NCBI GenBank assembly: GCA_964016885.1 | Contig: OZ024742.1 | Span: 13,392,001 to 13,456,000, forward strand | DNA from: Eledone cirrhosa | Lineage: Eukaryota | Reading direction: 5' to 3' | DNA length: 64,000 nucleotides | Shown: piece by piece, positions 29,449 to 42,261 of the stretch | How positions within the stretch are numbered: the stretch's first letter is position 1 | Layout of the letters: every line of letters begins with the position of its first letter | Position numbers and translations under genes: made by a program | Notes under the pieces: generated by a model | What the model was told of the DNA's origin: nothing | Databases searched by the model: none | Seen by the model: the letters and a program-made list of their open reading frames with translations, nothing else

Positions 29449-30129
29449 CGCGCGTTCGAGTGTGTGTGCCGGGATCTTCGACTGGCAAATATCTTCGTGT
29501 GTATTAACACTACATTTTCTATTCTTTTTCTTTTCTTCTGCCATTCATTATCTTTAGGAATAATACTAGGAATACCCCTCTCTCCACCTCTTATACGTCT
29601 TTATCCTGTTGTATATCTCTGTACGACCATCACTGTTGTGATATATATTAGGTGTTGCTATAATCTCATCTTGTTAGCACATCTTACCTTTTATTGTCTT
29701 TTATTTTTCTGATATTTATTCTTGTTGTTTTTTTCTTACCCCGTTTCTATAGAGATACACAAAAGAATGACATATACACACACCTACACACACGCCTACA
29801 CATATACACATATACCCACATACAATTAAACACAAATGTTTTCTGAAAGTAGCTTGCTATAATTACCAAAGCATATCGCAGACAGGAAGACTTACAGGTG
29901 TCTTTAGACAAGAAGAGAAATGACTATAAAAGGTGTCAGACTGTATAAGAATTGTTTTGTTCTTGTTGCTAGGTTACTCTTTATTTTTTACTCTATCATT
30001 TTCTCAATAGAATCATAAATTCTCTTACAGAAGGTTCAGAAAATATATTAGTCTCAATTTTCTGCTGAGTTTATAAATATACTTCCACAAATCCTTTTAA
30101 TGCTCTTCTGTGTATATGAGTGATTATGT

Positions 30130-30413
30130 ACCTGGTTGTCTGAGGCTTAGACACTGACCAAGAAACTCACTCAGATGGTGGATGGGTGTTACACGAGAAT
30201 GCTGAGGATGGCTCTGAACATTAATGAGTATACACTGAGGATGAAGAACTCAGAGCTGTATGGGAGCCTCCCAAAAGTCAGCTCAAAAGTGACACAGAGG
30301 AGATTGAGGTTAGCTGGACATGCTCACCGACATCCAGAGTTGACACTGCACTTAGTGCCCCTGTGGGAGCCCCTACATGGACACACTGGAAGAGGAAAAC
30401 CAAGGTTAACACG
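30130..30413 (+). mobile_element. RTE-clade LINE fragment (region C-terminal to the reverse transcriptase domain)
   Basis: Peptide DGCYTRMLRMALN...LYGSLPKVSSKVTQRRLRLAGHAHRHPE...LWEPLHGHTGRGKP matches the typical RTE C-terminal pattern (RRLRLAGH...RGRP); an in-frame TAG upstream indicates decay. Confidence 0.85.
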
Positions 30414-30589
30414 AGCCCATATCCCACTGTCATAGCCTCCATCTCTCTCGCCCTCCCCATCTCTCTGTATTGTGAGCAAATGAGGGTCCCACGTCCTAGC
30501 CGCCCCACGGCCCCGGCGGACAGAATGGAGAAGGCGTTTCCTCGGAGGACGGTAAGGGAGATGTGCTGGAAGAGCCTAGGGCAGCGAAT

Positions 30590-30735
30590 CGTCAGAATCG
30601 TTAGAATGTCGGATATAAGGATTTGCCGTATTCTTTGAGACTCTCTGCTTTCTAAATTCAAATCCTGCCGAGGTCAACTTAGCCATTGATCCATTTAAGG
30701 TCGATAAAATAGTACCAATCAAGTAGTGAAGTTGA
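30590..30735 (+). mobile_element. Diverged tRNA-derived SINE (octopus OK-like)
   Basis: CAGAATCGTTAG...TTCAAATCCTGCCGAGGTCAACTT...GGTCGATAAAATAGTACCA, homologous to the copies at 31318 and 37192. Family name from memory. Confidence 0.7.
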
Positions 30736-31317
30736 TCTTCCTCTATCCCTCTTTCTCATTTCCTTTTTCTCACTCCTTTTACTTCTCTCGAGGAAATCTA
30801 TTCTATTCAGACCTGGAGAGAGGAGAGGGAGCCCGCCAGGTTTTTAATTACCCTAAAACCACTGTATGATAATATCACCCCCACCCCGTTCGACTCCCTA
30901 ACGAGTTATGGGTCCATACCTCGTACATATAACAATACATATATAAATACAGCGGACTTAGGATCTAAAATGTGCAACTTGTTAATGATGCATGAATTAA
31001 TTCCAAAGTAAAGAAGATACAGTCCACCTCTACTAATGATTTACTTATAACTTTCATGGACTTCATGTGAATCATGAACATTAAACAGAAATGGAGATAT
31101 TTATCTTCCTACATCTGTTCACTCTCAATTCTCCTGTCTATTTCTATCAACCTTTCACTCACTTTCACTCTCTCTCTGTACACACACGCGCGCGATCTCA
31201 ACACACACATATATATATAAAAAAATGTTTTCTAAGGTCTGAAAATTGAAGTAAAACTAACTTAGTACCTTCGAATGTGTACGACTCTTTGCTAGGCCTC
31301 ATATCAAAAATAAGGGG

Positions 31318-31508
31318 CTGTGGATTAGCAGTATCGGTAGAAGGTCGGACGCCATGTTTTGCAGCAGAGTTACGGCCCATTATGGTCTGAGTTCAAATCC
31401 CCCCGAGGTTAACTTTGCCTTTCATCCTTACGGTGGTCGATAAAGTATAGTACCAGTAATACACTGGGGTAATTGCTGGCCTTGTGCCAAAAGTAGATAC
31501 AATTATTT
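31318..31508 (+). mobile_element. tRNA-derived SINE (octopus OK-like)
   Basis: A-box-like TAGCAGTATCGG, B-box GAGTTCAAATCC, core GAGGTTAACTTTGCCTTTCATCC; aligns over about 185 bp with 37192-37379. Confidence 0.85.
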
Positions 31509-31584
31509 TTAAAATATTATATATTTACCTCTATGCTTAAATACTGAGGGCTCTTTCTTTGGTGATTACAACGATATATTCAGG

Positions 31585-31632
<48 letters not shown>

Positions 31633-32016
31633 CGAGAGAAAGTAAATAGATAGATAGATATATAGATAGATACATATGCATACCTATATACATAATATAT
31701 ATATAAGCGTATGCTTGTGAATGTTTGTATGTATATAACTCCCCTTCTCATAAATATACATGTATGTATCTATGTATACATGCACGCAATTATGTATAGC
31801 AGGTATGTATACGTGTGTGTATGTATACATTATTGTGTTAATTTGTATATTTCCTGGCTAAGCTGAAGTATAAACGATGCCATTATAGATGTGAAAGCAA
31901 CAATTATTCGGTTGAAAGTTGTTTTTTAATATATTTGAAAGTGATCCCAACAAATCGATGTAAATGAGGATGTACATAATACACATATATACATACACAT
32001 ATATATACGCAGATGC

Positions 32017-32255
32017 ATACATACATACATACCCACATACATACATACACACAAAAGCACATACATACATTAAACATACATACATACATTAAAACAAACA
32101 TACATGCATACATACATACACACATACATACATGTATGCATACATAGCCAGATACATACATACATTAAAACATACATACAGGCATACATAACATACACTA
32201 TTTTACACACATATATACACACATATATATACACACATATATGCACACATATATG
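32017..32255. repeat. (TACA)n / (CA)(TA) degenerate microsatellite
   Basis: Visible directly. Confidence 0.9.
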
Positions 32256-33527
32256 ATCCATTAGATGATTTAAAGACATATAAGCGTTGGAAAATGCAAT
32301 ATATCACTTTAAATTCTATTGATATCATATGTTTTATGAATATTAAAGTTTTAAATATCTTTAATATCTCTTTTATTTATTCTGATTTTCAAGAGAATTT
32401 ATATAACGATTTTATTTCTTATATCTGAACTCTATCTCTCTCTTTGATGTTACCGTTGAAGTCATAGCTGTTTGAATCGAATGTAGATATATTTGCTTAG
32501 TAGTAAAATGAGAATAGAAGTAAATCGAGATTTATGCATTTGAGTGGAACACAACTCAAGTAAAATATTAGCACTACACGAATTATAACGTTATCAAAAA
32601 TAAAGAGGTTTGTTGCAGAAGATTATCCTTACCTTTCTTCCAAAAATGAGAGGATTCCCTTTTAAGTATATACTGCATTTCACCACCATTAGCAAGACAA
32701 GAAGCGTGCTGAGTTTCATAACGATATATGTATTAAGAAGACTTGTGTGAAAAAGCACTTCTATAAGTGGATATAAGCATTACTATTATAGAATCGTCTT
32801 TCTGATAATATCTACCGACAGCATTCTCTTACCACCAGCTGGGGACGTGTTCATTTCTGCTTCCTTCCATACATTTCCAAGCTACATATTTTGATTAAAA
32901 CCACTTCTCTCATCCTACAAGGTATGATAGATTCCATGCATATCATTCAATTACAAACAGTAAGATAATCTGAATTCCGTATAGATTATTAATACGATGA
33001 GGTGAGACTCAGTCACGAAAGGCTATGAATCTTCCTGACACGTTTAGTCTTCTAGTGTCAAAACATTTCAAAGGGCGCGGATTGTCAGTAATAGCATGAA
33101 CATTAACAAAGGAAAATTGAACCAGGTTTCAATTCCAGAAGTAACAGCTCATATATTTAGTTCGTGTCATTTCTTTGCATGATTTAAACTGGTGTATGTT
33201 GTACATAACTACCATCGGCGGTGAAAATATGTTTAACGTGACACTAGGATATTGTAAAATAAGGTGAGGAAACTAATAAAACCATAGACGTATCAGACAT
33301 AGCTCACACGACAATTATTAATTATGATCCAAATTCTGACAATAAAGTATTATATATCAACTTTACAACTTTATCAACATATTCACAATCCCCTCCACTT
33401 TATGTAACAATTATGAATTTATTCATTCTGACGGATTAAAGATAAAAACAATCTTTAAATATGTGCTTTGTACTTTACTTTTTACCTTTATCACACATTT
33501 TCACTTATATATATACATTGCACTCAG

Positions 33528-33684
33528 TGGACACACTAGAAGAGGAAGACCAAGGTTAACGCATGTTGATGCCCTAAAGACAGACACTGGTCTGTTGGAG
33601 ACGCAGGACATGGCAGCGATAATGAGGGACAGAGACCGCTGGAGAGAACTCGTCCATGGATCTCGGGAATTTTACCTACCCTAG
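33528..33684 (+). mobile_element. RTE-clade LINE extreme 3' fragment including stop codon
   Basis: GHTRRGRPRLTHVDALKTDTG...MRDRDRWRELV fits the RTE terminal pattern (RGRP...DR..W); the first 33 nt overlap the end of the 30130-30413 fragment. Confidence 0.85.
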
Positions 33685-33745
33685 ACATATATATAGTGGT
33701 AAAAACAGGGATATATCCTCAATCGAAAGGACGAGCTCAGTATAC

Positions 33746-33822
33746 AGTTAGTTCCACATCTAATTAGAAAACCATAGTTGAAACACGTCTTCTCAACCAT
33801 GGTTTGCTAATTTGTTGTCGAG

Positions 33823-33828
<6 letters not shown>
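33746..33828. repeat. Degenerate inverted repeat abutting (TA)n
   Basis: AGTTAGTTC..AATTAGAAAACCATAGTTGA pairs with TCAACCATGGTTTGCTAATT..GAGCTAACT. Confidence 0.6.
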
Positions 33829-34266
<438 letters not shown>

Positions 34267-34510
34267 TGTGTGTGTGCTTCTATCTGTTTGTGTATGTGTG
34301 TGTGCATATATATATGTGTGTGTGTGTATATGTGTGTATCTATGACTGTGGGGTGCAGTTTAGATATCCGATCTATGCTATCTCTCTAACGCAGTTACAT
34401 ATTCCTTTCCTTATTATTACTCTCTGCTGAACAACTAGATTCTCTCTCTCCCCCTCTACCAATATATCTAACCATCTCGCACAACAAATAAATATATATA
34501 TATATATATA

Positions 34511-34670
34511 ACGAAGGAAATGTGGTAAGGAACCAGGTGGACCATAACGCACCAAAATACTCAATACTTGAGGTAGTAGAGTGGGTAATAGGAACCAGTA
34601 AGACCCCGACAGCTGAGCTCAAGCCGTTTCGACGGCTTGAGCTCAGCTGTTGGGGTCTTACTGGTTCCTA
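34511..34670 (-). mobile_element. Family-A fold-back element, copy 1 (39-bp arms, TTCG loop)
   Basis: ACGAAGGAAATGTGGTAAGGAACC... also at 40359, 42774 and inverted ending at 42262; arms 34589-34627 / 34632-34670; (TA)n at both ends. Confidence 0.85.
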
Positions 34671-34799
34671 TATATATATATATATATGTATATACATTAT
34701 ATATATCTAGACACAGAGAGAGAATGAGAGATAGAGCTGCGTGCGCAGACACACACACACATCTATATATGTATATATGTCTGTGTGTGTGTGCACTTC

Positions 34800-34893
<94 letters not shown>

Positions 34894-34914
34894 TATATGT
34901 ATATATGTACACAC

Positions 34915-34942
<28 letters not shown>

Positions 34943-34951
<9 letters not shown>

Positions 34952-35488
34952 TAAAACAAATAATGAATAAACAATTCCTTATATTAAACAAAAAAAGTTC
35001 ATTATTTAACGATCGTTTCTAGGGTATATATGTGTTATAATTGGTATGCATATTCAACAGATCTATGTACAAAATTATACAAAATTATACAAATTATCAA
35101 GATTAAATATACATACCTAACACATATATACGCCGTCTTCAGAAATAAACATTATTTCTGAAGACGGCGTATATATGTGTTAGGTATGTATATTTAATCT
35201 TGATAATTTGTATAATTTTGTATAATTTTGTACATAGATCTGTTGAATATGCATACCAATTATAACACATATATACCCTAGAAACGATCGTTAAATAATG
35301 AACTTTTTTTGTTTAATATAAGGAATTGTTTATTCATTATTTGTTTTAATATTTTATCTTGACTCTGTATACCGTTTATCTTTCACCGAAAGTGGATTTT
35401 CATTACATCTCTTCTTTCCATGATATCCGGAATACATTGAGTTCTTCATACGGATTGGACACTACCGTAAACTCTTGGTAGATTTATC

Positions 35489-35491
<3 letters not shown>
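34943..35491 (+). mobile_element. PLE-type fold-back element: 206-bp apparently perfect inverted repeat (34943-35148 / 35152-35357) plus ~135-nt tail, flanked by (TA)n
   Basis: Arms read as reverse complements around a 3-nt spacer (ACA); contains a hammerhead motif. Confidence 0.85.
35150..35300 (+). ncRNA. Type I hammerhead ribozyme with ~115-nt extended stem II
   Basis: CATTATTT-CTGAAGA(35158-35164)-[GTATATATGTGTTA...TAACACATATATAC hairpin]-GAAA(35281)-CGATC-GTT/AAATAATG. Stem I is a perfect 8 bp and stem III lies in the palindrome AACGATCGTT. The base of stem II is imperfect. Confidence 0.75.
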
Positions 35492-35525
<34 letters not shown>

Positions 35526-35529
<4 letters not shown>

Positions 35530-35832
35530 AGTGTAATTTTCTACACAAAACGAAGGTTATAGAGAAAATTGAGGTTGGTAATGGCACATGGAATATATAA
35601 GAGACAGAATACTTTTTTGTGAAAAAACATAATTTTATAAGATAAGGAAATAATAAAGGGTATAATACCCTTTATTATTTCCTTACCTTATAAAATTATG
35701 TTTTTTCACAAAAAAGTATTCTGTCTCTTATATATTCCACCCTTTATTATTTCCTTACCTTATAAAATTATGTTTTTTCACAAAAAAGTATTCTGTCTCT
35801 TATATATTCCATGTGCCATTACCAACCTCAAT

Positions 35833-35839
<7 letters not shown>
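35526..35839 (-). mobile_element. Fold-back element with 72-bp tandem duplication in one arm
   Basis: 35561-35663 is the reverse complement of the sequence starting at 35665; ACCCTTTATT... occurs at 35667 and again at 35739; microsatellites on both sides. Confidence 0.75.
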
Positions 35840-35892
<53 letters not shown>

Positions 35893-36601
35893 AATGTGAG
35901 CGTATGTGTACCTGATTGCATGTGTGTATATATGCTAATGATACTGTATATATTTATCTCTCTCTATAGATATAAATATATATATGAACTTCAACAAATT
36001 AGCTAACACATGTACATAGAATTATAACTCCTGACAGGAGCAATCTGAAGGTTATACAAACGCCAGCTGTAATTCTAACAACATACTCGTGACACGCTGT
36101 AATCGGTTGATTCATTACTAAAAAAATATTCAGCCTAGAAAGTCAAAGAATTCATTATTTGACGGACATTTGTTTCTCATTCTATTCCAACTGTGAAAGA
36201 ACACGAATTGCCAAACTCTTCTATACTTACGTCAGGATGTTTGAGAAGTCCTGTTGCGATTGCCTCACTAATATATCAGTATACCTCAAAGTAATGTTGA
36301 ACACTGTATGAATTGTCTGAGACCCAGCTGCGAGACTTTGTTACTTTACTAAACTAAAATTCTTCAAAGACACTTACTTCTTGTATAGAATATAGGAACA
36401 TCGTAAGCTGAAGCTGACGGGTAGAAATTGTATTAAGCCTACTGGGGGAGCAATATTAAGTAAATTTAAGGAAGCTATCTCTGCATGATCACTAACATAT
36501 ACCGAGGTTGATGTTGGTAGATTCATTGGAGCTTTTCGAACAACCACAAGTGTACACTTATATGATTAATACAGACACACACACACACACACACGTGTAT
36601 A

Positions 36602-36665
<64 letters not shown>

Positions 36666-37191
36666 ATTGTTAAAGGAATAAGTGAATTCTTTGTTATACA
36701 TAAACCGAGGTTATAACGAGTCTCATGATTATTCATAACTGAAAGAGAAAACATATGAAGAATCTAGTAGATATAAGATAAGATACGAAACTTTAAGGAA
36801 ATATATTTGATGATTTTCAATTTAAATATTTTACCAAAAATATCAGAAATTTTTCTTAAGTTTTGCTTGACATCTCTGTAAAAATGTGAATTAGAAAAAC
36901 ATTTTGGGAGCTCACACGTATAAGATATTTTATGCTTCATTGTCCCCCATTCAATACATTGTTGGTAGTGTAGATCAAGGTTGTGTGAGAATATTCACAA
37001 TATGTTTGCTATCGGCAGATTTGAATCAATCTTTTTCACACACATACTCGGCTCAGTTTCATCTGCTACTTTACTTGAGCTAACGTCTTTAAATAAAATA
37101 AATACACAATCATACACGCATATATATACATATATATTAGAAAGAGTCGGGACCCGACGGCTGAGCTCTTGCTATTTTGAGAGCTAAGTCC

Positions 37192-37379
37192 GGGGATTGG
37201 CAGTATCGGTAGAAGGTCGGACGCCATGCTTTGCAGCATAGAGTTACGCCACTTTATAGTCTGATTTCAAATCCCGCCGAGGTTCACTTTGCCTTTCATC
37301 CTTACGGGGTCGATAAAATAAAGTACCAGTAATGTACTGGACTAATTTCTGGCCTTGGGCTAAAAGTAGAAACAATTAT
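37192..37379 (+). mobile_element. tRNA-derived SINE (octopus OK-like)
   Basis: TGGCAGTATCGG A-box, TTTCAAATCC B-box remnant, CTTTGCCTTTCATCCTTACGGGGTCGATAAAATAAAGTACCAGT core; homologous to 31318. Confidence 0.85.
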
Positions 37380-37439
37380 ATGTAGAGTGAGAGAGTGAGA
37401 GAGAGAGATGTGGGGGGGGGGGGGGTCAGGTTTTTACCA

Positions 37440-37632
37440 GTTTTAACCTAGTAAGACGATTATTCAGCAGTGTACGCGATACTTGCTATAGTAGAGTGTA
37501 ACTATATTAGAGAGATTTAGAGCCCGAAGCTGAGCTCTTAACGCTTTGACAATCAATTACAGAGTCTGGAATTAACTGCCGAAACGGCAAGAGGTCAACC
37601 GTTGGGCCTCCTCGACATTCTCTAGTATATAA
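37440..37632 (-). mobile_element. Old diverged relative of the family-A fold-back element
   Basis: TAGTAGAGTG...CCCGAAGCTGAGCTC...AGTCTGGAATTAACTGCCGAAACGGC parallels family A; a further fragment lies at about 37132-37180. Confidence 0.6.
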
Positions 37633-38684
37633 TCATCTCTCTCTCTCTATATATATATATATATGAGGTAGCTTCAGTTGAATTCCCTTCTGGTAAGCAA
37701 ACCATCGTTATTTTCAACGATATATAATTAAATATGTAGGTTAACTCTAAGTAGTTATATTCTGGAGTAATATGTGGCATAAAACTTGATAACCAGTAAC
37801 ATATTCTGGAGAGAAATAGCAACTGCCTAGAAGAACTCTTAAATAAAAGCCATTTCCCTGTGATAATAGGTCTACTACCAACGTAGTTTACGATAAGAGA
37901 GATGCACCACTTCAGATAAGATGATTAATTAAGGGAAATTCTGTCTCAGCTGGCACAAGCGTTCAAGTCTCCATCGTAACTCCTCTGCAACATATCCACT
38001 TAAGCAACACATATTCCATCGACTTCTCCTAATAGAATGTACACATCAAACCGTCGTTCTCTAACTGCTGTCAAAAGGAGAAACCTTTCCATTTCTCTTT
38101 TTTTTTATAATCGAAATATATTTCATTTCATATTAAGTTTTCATTTTGTATGTAGTTAAAATCGATGTTTTGTGAGTGACACATTCTGTTTAGTTGAGCT
38201 ATTCATGGTGTAGTTAGATCTCGTCTGAATGTTGCAGACCAGCTGAGACACAGCTTGAACTTTTGAGTTATGAATATGTCCATTCTGTAAGAGTAAAGGA
38301 TATAATTGAGTATATTGTCATTCATAAAGAGACTGTTGAATTGTATTAAAAATGATTGATCTAAGGTAGGGAATGAAGTTTCAATATGGAGTTACTGCCT
38401 GTTTAAAGAGGCAGGTATTACTTAGAGGTATCTCCCATCATTTAAGCAATTGTCTTAGATAGAAAGTTTCTAGTCAGTCGCATAGGATACACGAAACAAA
38501 TACACACATTTACATACATATGTACACATATACGCCGTACAGAGAGACAGAGAGAGGATGCAAGAAAATAGTGTGAAGAGAAAGGTGGAGAGAGAGGAGG
38601 GAAACATGTCAATATACTCATACAGAAATTGAGACTGTCATAATCATTCATATATAAGAGTACTAATGAGGTACACGAGGCATG

Positions 38685-38745
<61 letters not shown>

Positions 38746-38814
38746 ATAATAATAAATTTGAAGACTAAAATCCAAAGAGGGCTCGATAAGGATAAACTTT
38801 AATCTGTTATTTTA

Positions 38815-38853
<39 letters not shown>

Positions 38854-38927
38854 TATATACATACATATATATATACATACATATATACAAATACACACAC
38901 ACACACACATACACACACACACGCATA

Positions 38928-38972
<45 letters not shown>

Positions 38973-39193
38973 GCACATCGTCTACTTCATATACATATAT
39001 AAACATCATCATTATGATCATTTCACGTCCACTTTTCCATTCTTGCGTTGTTTCTAATATATAAAGATTTCTTACATAAATTGTAGTCTCATTTTGTACC
39101 AATCGTTTCACTGAGAAATTCAGATCACCGATCATCAGCCTACAACCCCGCATTAGAAAGATGGTAGACTGTTGTTTCAGAAGTTGGCGGAGG

Positions 39194-39316
39194 AGATGCG
39201 ACTGAGGAGATGAGACTGAGAAGATGAGACTGAGAAGATGAGACTTAGAAGATGAGACTTAGAAGATGAGATTGAGGAGATGAGACTTAGAAGATGAGAC
39301 TGAGGAGATGATACTG
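39194..39316. repeat. 14-bp minisatellite (AGATGAGACTGAGA), about 9 copies
   Basis: Visible directly. Confidence 0.92.
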
Positions 39317-39416
39317 TCCATTTTTCCATAGTTTTGTTTTCCCAATTGTCTTTGTCCTGTGCGCCTCCTATTTCGAATTTATATTCTAAAGAATTAGTCA
39401 TCAGGGCTTTTTTGGA

Positions 39417-39458
<42 letters not shown>

Positions 39459-39462
39459 GTGT

Positions 39463-39552
<90 letters not shown>

Positions 39553-40224
39553 TGTCTTTGTATTGGTTTTGCTAGTAAAATGATGTGAAATCGGAGATTC
39601 TTTTACTGATAAAAAAAACATAAAAACATACGATTCTCTGTGTTCCTCTTCATTTATTATAACCATATACTATTTAACTGATCCATGAAAGTATTTCGTC
39701 ACACAATTGTGTCATTTGCACTGACGTATCTCCCTTCTGTAACTTATTATTTTTCTGTTTTTCTTTCCTTTTTTGGCATATCTCTCAAAATATAACTGCT
39801 TTTCCCTATCTTTATTTATACATTCTTGCAAGTATATTGCGTTTATATGTGTATAATGTTAATTAAGGTAGTGCTGCACTTTGGGCAATGGTGGTCTGGC
39901 CAGGTTGCCAGCTTGCCCAATGGCAATGAGCCCCAGCGGGACCCGGTAGCATCGCAACGGCCCACAGTAGCATTGCAGGGCCCACCGTAGTATTTTACGG
40001 GCCAACGCTTTGTTTAAAAAAATACCTGAAGTCTAAGACAAAGAATAACATTTAAAAAAATAAATAAAACAATTAAGTAAAGTATTTGGACAACATATTC
40101 CCCAGGAATTACTAGAAACCAAAATATACGATAGTGCAAAGAGCTGGAGTTAGTCGTTGTATATTCTTCTAAATCTAAAACAATGTATTCATGCATGAAT
40201 GTAATATAGAGACACAGACACACT

Positions 40225-40255
<31 letters not shown>

Positions 40256-40309
40256 GCGCGCGCGCGCGCGCACGCACGCACACGCACGCACAAACACACA
40301 CACACACAG

Positions 40310-40358
<49 letters not shown>

Positions 40359-40359
<1 letters not shown>

Positions 40360-40487
40360 CGAAGGAAATGTGGTAAGGAACCACATGGACCATAACGCAC
40401 CAAAGTACTCAATACTTAGGGTAGTAGAGTCCAGAATTAGCCGTCGAAACGGCTTGAGCTCTGCCGTCGGGTTAATACTTGTTCCTA
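40359..40487 (-). mobile_element. Family-A element, copy 2 (one hairpin arm missing)
   Basis: The tail joins directly (GTAGTAGAGT|CCAGAATTAGCC) to the second arm; (TA)n at both ends. Confidence 0.8.
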
Positions 40488-40548
40488 TATATATATATTT
40501 ATATATACGATATTAATAAATGGAAACTATATTTATAAAACCATATTT

Positions 40549-40611
40549 ATTTCATTATACATATTTCAGGGATACCAAATTAAATTATGGTATGCCTTCA
40601 TCAGACAAAAT
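40549..40611 (-). ncRNA. Minimal type I hammerhead ribozyme motif
   Basis: Minus strand reads ATTTTGT-CTGATGA-AGGCATACCA taatttaatt TGGTATCCCT-GAAA-TATGT-ATA/ATGAAAT. Stem II pairs at 9 of 10 positions; stem I is 7 bp with two G-U pairs. Confidence 0.7.
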
Positions 40612-41165
40612 ACAATATATAACAGTGTTACAAATAAGCTTTGACGTGCCCTTTTAAAATGCAACCATTGTTTTTGGAAGCCATCCGGATAGTGATTTGT
40701 TTATATTACTTTAATAAGTCATAGTGTTAAGGACAATTAGAAAAAGACGGAGAGAAAGAAAAAACATGGAGAAAAAAGAAAGAGATAAGTAAAGACAGGA
40801 GGAAAGGAAGAAAGAAGAAAAAAGGAAGAAATAAGAAAAACAGAGGAAAACAACAGAGAGATAATAAGTCAACAGACAGATAGAAAAACTCAAGAGAGAG
40901 AAATATTATATATAGAGAGAGGGAGATTATGAACACTTTACGTCATGTCATATTAAGTTGAGTTAACAATTCATATGAAATGAATAATAAAAATATAAAT
41001 ATTAATATTCATGAATGGGACATAAATATATAATATGAAAAATTAAACATTGTTTAATAATGACTATATGTTTAGTTTAAAACTTCAGATCAATATACCA
41101 AAATTTGGGTTTAATCTCCAAAATGTACACATTGCTAGAGAAGTCAGTATCTTAGGCAAAGACAC

Positions 41166-41229
<64 letters not shown>

Positions 41230-41879
41230 GCACGTCCTGAAAATAGAAATTATATTTACTCAAGTCAACAATATAGACATATAAAACGCAGACGATTTCT
41301 CTTAATACTGCTATACATTCCCTGTGTTATAAAAAGTTCACAGTATATATACATAAATATATACTATTAACATTCATGTCTTCATATATATGATTACCAT
41401 TCATGCATTTAACATTTTGTTAAAATTATGCATATCTGCAATCCAAACTGCGTGGTTATGCAACATAAACTCTTACCCCCCCCCCCACCACACACACACA
41501 TATACATATACACCTATATATGTATAAATAAATATCTGCGTGCGTCTTCACGCATCACTCATGTATATATACAGACATATATACAATCATAAAAAACCTA
41601 TAACACTTTTATATGCATGTTAATACACACATAGACATTTGTATAGAGATAATCAAATATCAATATATTACTAAGGATTATACTTTGGAAATATAATTAT
41701 ACCAATATAAATATAATTATAAACCAATATAAATATACTTGTCGAGTGCTTTATATCAGTTATAAAAATATTTACTTGTTGTATCCCAACAATTTTAAAT
41801 AGAACTTTTGCATATATATTTATATATATATATTTATATATAAATATAAATTCAGCGAGAATCGTATTTCGGGTGGTAG

Positions 41880-42028
41880 ATATCAACTAGAAATTGATTG
41901 ACATATATATGCCAATCAATTTCTAGTTGATATATAATGCTCGGATCTATTCATTGGAATCTTGGAGCATATTCTACAGTGGATATGGCGCATGTCTCTC
42001 TGACATGACACCCTTAATTTAATTTTGG
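41880..42028 (+). mobile_element. Short fold-back (54-bp palindrome 41880-41933) plus structured tail ending at (TA)n
   Basis: ATATCAACTAGAAATTGATTG-a-CATATATATG-c-CAATCAATTTCTAGTTGATAT; tail homologous to 34046-34125. Confidence 0.72.
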
Positions 42029-42053
42029 ATATATATATATATATATATATATA

Positions 42054-42261
42054 TAGGAACCAGTAAGACCCCGACAGCTGAGCTCAAGCCGTTTCGACGG
42101 CTAATTCTGGACTAAAAACATTTTAGTCCAGAATTAGCCGTCGAAACGGCTTGAGCTCAGCTGTCGGGGTCTTACTGGTTCCTATTACCCACTCTACTAC
42201 CTCAAGTATTGAGTACTTTGGTGCGTTATGGTCCACCTGGTTCCTTACCACATTTCCTTCG

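Noticed and set aside
30480-30600. HDV-like ribozyme suggested by GGG-TCCCACGT-CCT
   Set aside because: I could not find P1, P1.1 or P2 partners; the downstream CGAA lies at the SINE start.
36231-36327. Possible minus-strand exon (CAG...GTAAGT, open frame GSQTIHTVFNITLRYTDILVRQSQQDFSNIL)
   Set aside because: No polypyrimidine tract, no recognisable protein, and the next upstream donor would give only a 50-nt intron. RNA-seq would be needed.
39095-39145. Minus-strand CTGATGA...GAAACGATTGGTA
   Set aside because: No stem I pairing and the base of stem II is unpaired.
39355-39410. Minus-strand CTGATGA...GAAA next to (TA)n
   Set aside because: Stem II does not close and there is no NUH at the expected position; at best a decayed motif.
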